A stretch of DNA of 20,856 bases from Candidatus Thorarchaeota archaeon (GTDB lineage Archaea > Asgardarchaeota > Thorarchaeia > Thorarchaeales > Thorarchaeaceae), in the NCBI GenBank assembly GCA_011364905.1, contig RDNZ01000011.1:50465-71320 (forward strand), in the 5' to 3' direction. The notes under the pieces are model-generated. The model was given only the letters and a program-made list of their open reading frames with translations, was not told where the DNA came from and made no database searches. Of this stretch, positions 18,209 through 20,856 are shown piece after piece. Every line of letters begins with the position of its first letter. Position 1 is the stretch's first letter. The position numbers were made by a program, and so were the translations under genes.

Positions 18209-18377
18209 GTTTCTCTTCCTCAGGAACATATAAGCCACCAACGAAATAGGGAAGCCTTTCCCCTGGGTACCGCAGACTGGCAAGTTTTGCCATTGTTGCA
18301 GAAAGAAACCCCCTAATCCGACCCGTTGAGAACAGAAATAAAATGAAAATTCCCGAACTAGAGGGTCTCGAATCACC

Positions 18378-18453
18378 TATTACATTATCACGTAATATAC
18401 TTTTCTATATTGAATATGTAATCGAAAGTTTTATTACATGTAATATGTATTAC
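18378..18453. promoter_or_regulatory. Cluster of TATTAC/GTAATA half-sites (candidate operator array)
   Basis: TATTAC 18378, GTAATA 18392, GTAAT 18418, perfect palindrome TATTACATGTAATA 18432-18445, TATTAC 18448. Confidence 0.7.
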
Positions 18454-18576
18454 TATTTCAAGGTATTCGCGTGAATTCGGGAAAACTGGAGCGTCAACAA
18501 ACTTCTCGAAAACGGCTCTGGCGACTCCTGTTTTTCTCAATGATCCCGGAAACCCTGAGTATAGAGAGGAGATAGA

Positions 18577-18891
18577 ATGAAAAACAAGAAATCTGCAAGA
18601 ATCGGATTGGCAATAGGTGTCTGGCTTGTCCTTTCAGTCGTTGTATTTGGATCACTGATTGCAGTTGCATGGATGAGTATGAGTGCACAGGCAGATGATT
18701 CGGCTGATGCGTTCATAAGCTATGCAGCGGATGGCAAGGCCACGACCAGTGAAGACACGAGTAACGCATATTCAACTCCAATGGGAGATGCTATTGGAAA
18801 TCAGCGTGCCAGGGGAGCTGTATCCCAGCCATTCTGTTATATTGGCCCGGGAGAGAATCCCGTTGCACCAGGACATCTTCGAGATTCCTGA
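18577..18891 (+). CDS. Small secreted or membrane-anchored protein
   Basis: GGAG SD; MKNKK, hydrophobic core and AQA cleavage site; about 65-aa mature part; the 3' end may be frameshifted (see findings). Confidence 0.65.
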   Translation: MKNKKSARIGLAIGVWLVLSVVVFGSLIAVAWMSMSAQADDSADAFISYAADGKATTSEDTSNAYSTPMGDAIGNQRARGAVSQPFCYIGPGENPVAPGHLRDS

Positions 18892-18931
18892 TCCTGACCA
18901 TTTCATCTATGTTGGATGATTGGACTCACAA

Positions 18932-18965
18932 GGGGAGCTGTGTATCTCCCCACCCCCTTTTTTTT
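18932..18965 (+). terminator. Stem-loop plus T8 terminator
   Basis: GGGGAG-ctgtgtat-CTCCCC, then acccccc and a T run at 18958-18965. Confidence 0.6.
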
Positions 18966-19024
18966 CTTGTAGCAATTCTGCTTAGAATAGAAATCGGTTC
19001 TTAAAATGGATGATTCGGGTTGGT

Positions 19025-19363
19025 CTATTTACTCTCTTCTTGAAAAGCCTTGTATGCATGTTTCTTTGCTGAGTCTCGCAGCTGACGTATATCAGTAGCT
19101 TGTGACTTTATCTCCTCAAACAGGGACATTCGAGCTGATATTGCTTGTTCAACAAATGCAGACACAGCCTCTGAGCGACTCTTGAAAATCTCAAGCTCCA
19201 CAAGAGCATCCAGAATCTCAACAATGTCATTGCTCATTCTAGTCATTACAGATACTTCACGCTTCTTGGATCCGAGATCTTCATCTGACAAACGGCCAAG
19301 TAGCTGTTCTCTAAGACTAAGTTGCACACCCGCTCCACCTGATGATTCTTTCTTTTCTGACAT
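19025..19363 (-). CDS. Ribbon-helix-helix (CopG/Arc/MetJ-type) regulator with a C-terminal coiled coil
   Basis: VSVMTRMSNDIVEILDALVELEIFKSRSEAVSAFVEQAI; GAGGTGA SD before ATG 19363. Confidence 0.85.
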   Translation of the reverse strand: MSEKKESSGGAGVQLSLREQLLGRLSDEDLGSKKREVSVMTRMSNDIVEILDALVELEIFKSRSEAVSAFVEQAISARMSLFEEIKSQATDIRQLRDSAKKHAYKAFQEESK

Positions 19364-19420
19364 CTCTTTCACCTCATACTTATCAAGTTCTAATAGGGAA
19401 CCAGTCCTTATATCTCTTTT

Positions 19421-19437
19421 TCACGTAATAGTATTAC
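19421..19437. promoter_or_regulatory. GTAATA-G-TATTAC inverted repeat between the divergent RHH and hydrogenase genes
   Basis: TCACGTAATAGTATTAC; TCACGTAATA is identical to 18388-18397; flanked by TATA-like elements on both strands. Confidence 0.65.
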
Positions 19438-19652
19438 ATAATTCACAATATAAATTCCACTGTTAGGGATGTTTGAATGACGGAATTATGCGCCATTCAT
19501 CAAATGTTGAATTTGTGTCGATATCAATATGGATGATGAGGAAAGAAGTCGAATAATAGACCATATCCGAGAGTTTATGCATGAAATAAAAATGAAAACA
19601 ATCATAACCAAAAGAATCGGCGCACTCGGCGTTCAGAAAAGTGGTGCTATAC

Positions 19653-20684
19653 ATGCGCACGTTGAAGATGCAGTCAAAGTTTCTCGAAGTGTTTCTGGAG
19701 AGTCTGGACAAGTTTGGTCATCTTTATGGGCCCAAACAGAAGAATGGAGTACTCGCCTATGACCGTCTTGAGAATATATCAGAGTTGGTCATTACTGATG
19801 ATTATCCCATGATTCCTATCAAGAAGCTGTTTAATCCGATGCAATTCACAATGATGCATTTCAATGAGAAAGGCTTCTATCCTGACTATTCAGTAATCGA
19901 AAAGAGGGTAGTGTTGGGCGTGCATCCTTGTGAGATTCATAGTCTTCTCAGACTGGATGAAGTCTTCCTGAGAGAACCTATAGATCCATACTATGCAGGT
20001 CTAAGAGAGAACACAGCCATCATTGGATTCTCATGTCTGCCTCTGGAGAACCATCTTTGCCATTCCACAGATACTGATATTGTGAGTGAGGGGTTTGATC
20101 TTTTCTTTGTCAAGCTGGATGGATTTTACCTAGTGTGGGTGGGCTCAAGTCTAGGCTATGATATGATCCATGAGAGAGAGGAGTTCTTTGACGAAAACGT
20201 TTCGCATGATGACATACAGATGTACGTTGAATGGCGTCAGAAACGGAATAAGATGTTTCAGAGAAGCTTCGATTTCGATAGCATGCCAGATCTCATGGAC
20301 TTAAGTCATGACAGTGAAATATGGGACTACTTCGGCGACAAGTGCCTTTCATGTGGTCAATGCTCCATGGTGTGCCCGACATGCAACTGCTACAACGTGA
20401 CTGATGTCTTTGACGTGACAAACCAGACAGTGGGGCGTCGAAACCGATTCTGGGATAGCTGCATGTATGTGGATTATAGTCTTGTGGCAGGAGGCCATAA
20501 CTTCCGAGCCGCTCGTGCAGATCGGTTGAGGCTGTGGTATGTTCACAAGCTGAAGACCTTCGGTGTCGATTACGGTCGTCCCGGATGCATCGGTTGTGGG
20601 AGGTGCGTGGACACCTGTCCAGTGGACATCAATGTGTTAACAATCTCTGAAGCTCTTACAACAGAGGAGGTTCCAAAGAAATGA
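19653..20684 (+). CDS. hydB: Group 3b [NiFe] sulfhydrogenase beta subunit (AsrA/HydB-like 4Fe-4S protein)
   Basis: GVHPCEI, DPYY, CLSCGQCSMVCPTCNC, RFWDSC, VAGGHNFR, HK, CIGCGRCVDTCPVDI; start MRTLKM follows GGTG. Confidence 0.9.
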   Translation: MRTLKMQSKFLEVFLESLDKFGHLYGPKQKNGVLAYDRLENISELVITDDYPMIPIKKLFNPMQFTMMHFNEKGFYPDYSVIEKRVVLGVHPCEIHSLLRLDEVFLREPIDPYYAGLRENTAIIGFSCLPLENHLCHSTDTDIVSEGFDLFFVKLDGFYLVWVGSSLGYDMIHEREEFFDENVSHDDIQMYVEWRQKRNKMFQRSFDFDSMPDLMDLSHDSEIWDYFGDKCLSCGQCSMVCPTCNCYNVTDVFDVTNQTVGRRNRFWDSCMYVDYSLVAGGHNFRAARADRLRLWYVHKLKTFGVDYGRPGCIGCGRCVDTCPVDINVLTISEALTTEEVPKK

Positions 20685-20856
20685 TTGTGACTGATGAAAT
20701 TGAGAATCCTTTCAAACCCAAGGCTGCAAGAATTGTAAGGCAGTATGATTTGATCAAGGACCACAGATTCCTTCAGATCAGACATATTGACATGAAGAAA
20801 GCGATGTCATTCACATATAATCCAGGGCAGTTCATCATGCTATCAATACCAGGAGT
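20681..20856 (+). CDS. hydG: Sulfhydrogenase gamma subunit (AsrB/HydG-like FAD/NAD(P)-binding), N-terminal part; runs off the window
   Basis: Not in the ORF track. My translation is MIVTDEIENPFKPKAARIVRQYDLIKDHRFLQIRHIDMKKAMSFTYNPGQFIMLSIPG; NP. and PGQF.ML.IPG motifs; ATGA overlap with the hydB stop and a GGAGGT SD. Confidence 0.88.
   Translation, partial: MIVTDEIENPFKPKAARIVRQYDLIKDHRFLQIRHIDMKKAMSFTYNPGQFIMLSIPG

Noticed and set aside
18231-18285. AGCCAC...GGGAAG...CAGAC resemblance to the 3' half of a cobalamin riboswitch
   Set aside because: The 5' conserved elements and the B12-box consensus are missing, and no cobalamin gene lies downstream.
18209-18376. N-terminal 56-aa extension of ORF 17864-18376
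   Set aside because: The composition is not protein-like, and a better SD and TATA precede ATG 18208.
18889-18960. Two in-frame TGA codons (TGA-TCC-TGA) followed by ATGA-N10-AA, suggesting selenocysteine with a SECIS
   Set aside because: There is no convincing helix II or 3' GA quartet, the read-through peptide has no recognisable redox fold, and the downstream stem looks like a terminator.
19025-19363. RHH protein next to a [NiFe] hydrogenase read as NikR
   Set aside because: It lacks the His-rich C-terminal ACT-like nickel-binding domain; the C-terminus is a coiled coil. No adjacent toxin gene supports an antitoxin call either.
19529-19762. 77-aa plus-strand ORF (MDDEERS...)
   Set aside because: It overlaps hydB by over 100 nt in another frame and has no SD or motif; probably spurious.
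839-20785. Many 60-115 aa ORFs antisense to or nested in long genes (e.g. 839-1105, 6968-7225, 11759-12091, 19182-19466, 20570-20785)
   Set aside because: They are shadow frames of well-supported CDSs and carry no motifs.
1-20856. CRISPR array, tRNA/rRNA, SRP or RNase P RNA, transposase or integrase
   Set aside because: I found no regularly spaced repeats or signature motifs by eye; an Infernal or tRNAscan run would be needed for full exclusion.

Overview
Gene-dense archaeal chromosomal window. It is most consistent with an Asgard archaeon of Thorarchaeota type; this is inferred from the gene families, the double-Lrp regulators, GGTGA/GGAGG Shine-Dalgarno sites and an Asgard-like CxxC..H..H domain, and was not verified by any search. 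In order, it carries two tandem long-chain acyl-CoA ligases, a DUF998-like membrane protein, a single-pass Zn-ribbon membrane protein, a gamma-carbonic anhydrase-like protein, a DUF4184-like membrane protein, ahcY flanked by three double-domain Lrp/AsnC regulators (two are a tandem duplication that includes the upstream DNA), a secreted beta-barrel protein and an atypical DUF362 protein. These are followed by a translationally coupled wHTH/Zn-ribbon plus CorA-like (non-GMN) gene pair, msrA, a stand-alone PAS protein, a second DUF4184-like protein, a NUDIX hydrolase, an Sm/Hfq-like small protein, a small secreted peptide, a ribbon-helix-helix regulator with candidate TATTAC/GTAATA operators, and the start of a group 3b sulfhydrogenase operon (hydB, partial hydG). 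I saw no rRNA, tRNA, CRISPR array or mobile element. The best candidates for new biology are the 11723-14061 two-gene module and the RHH operator circuit at 17864-19652.
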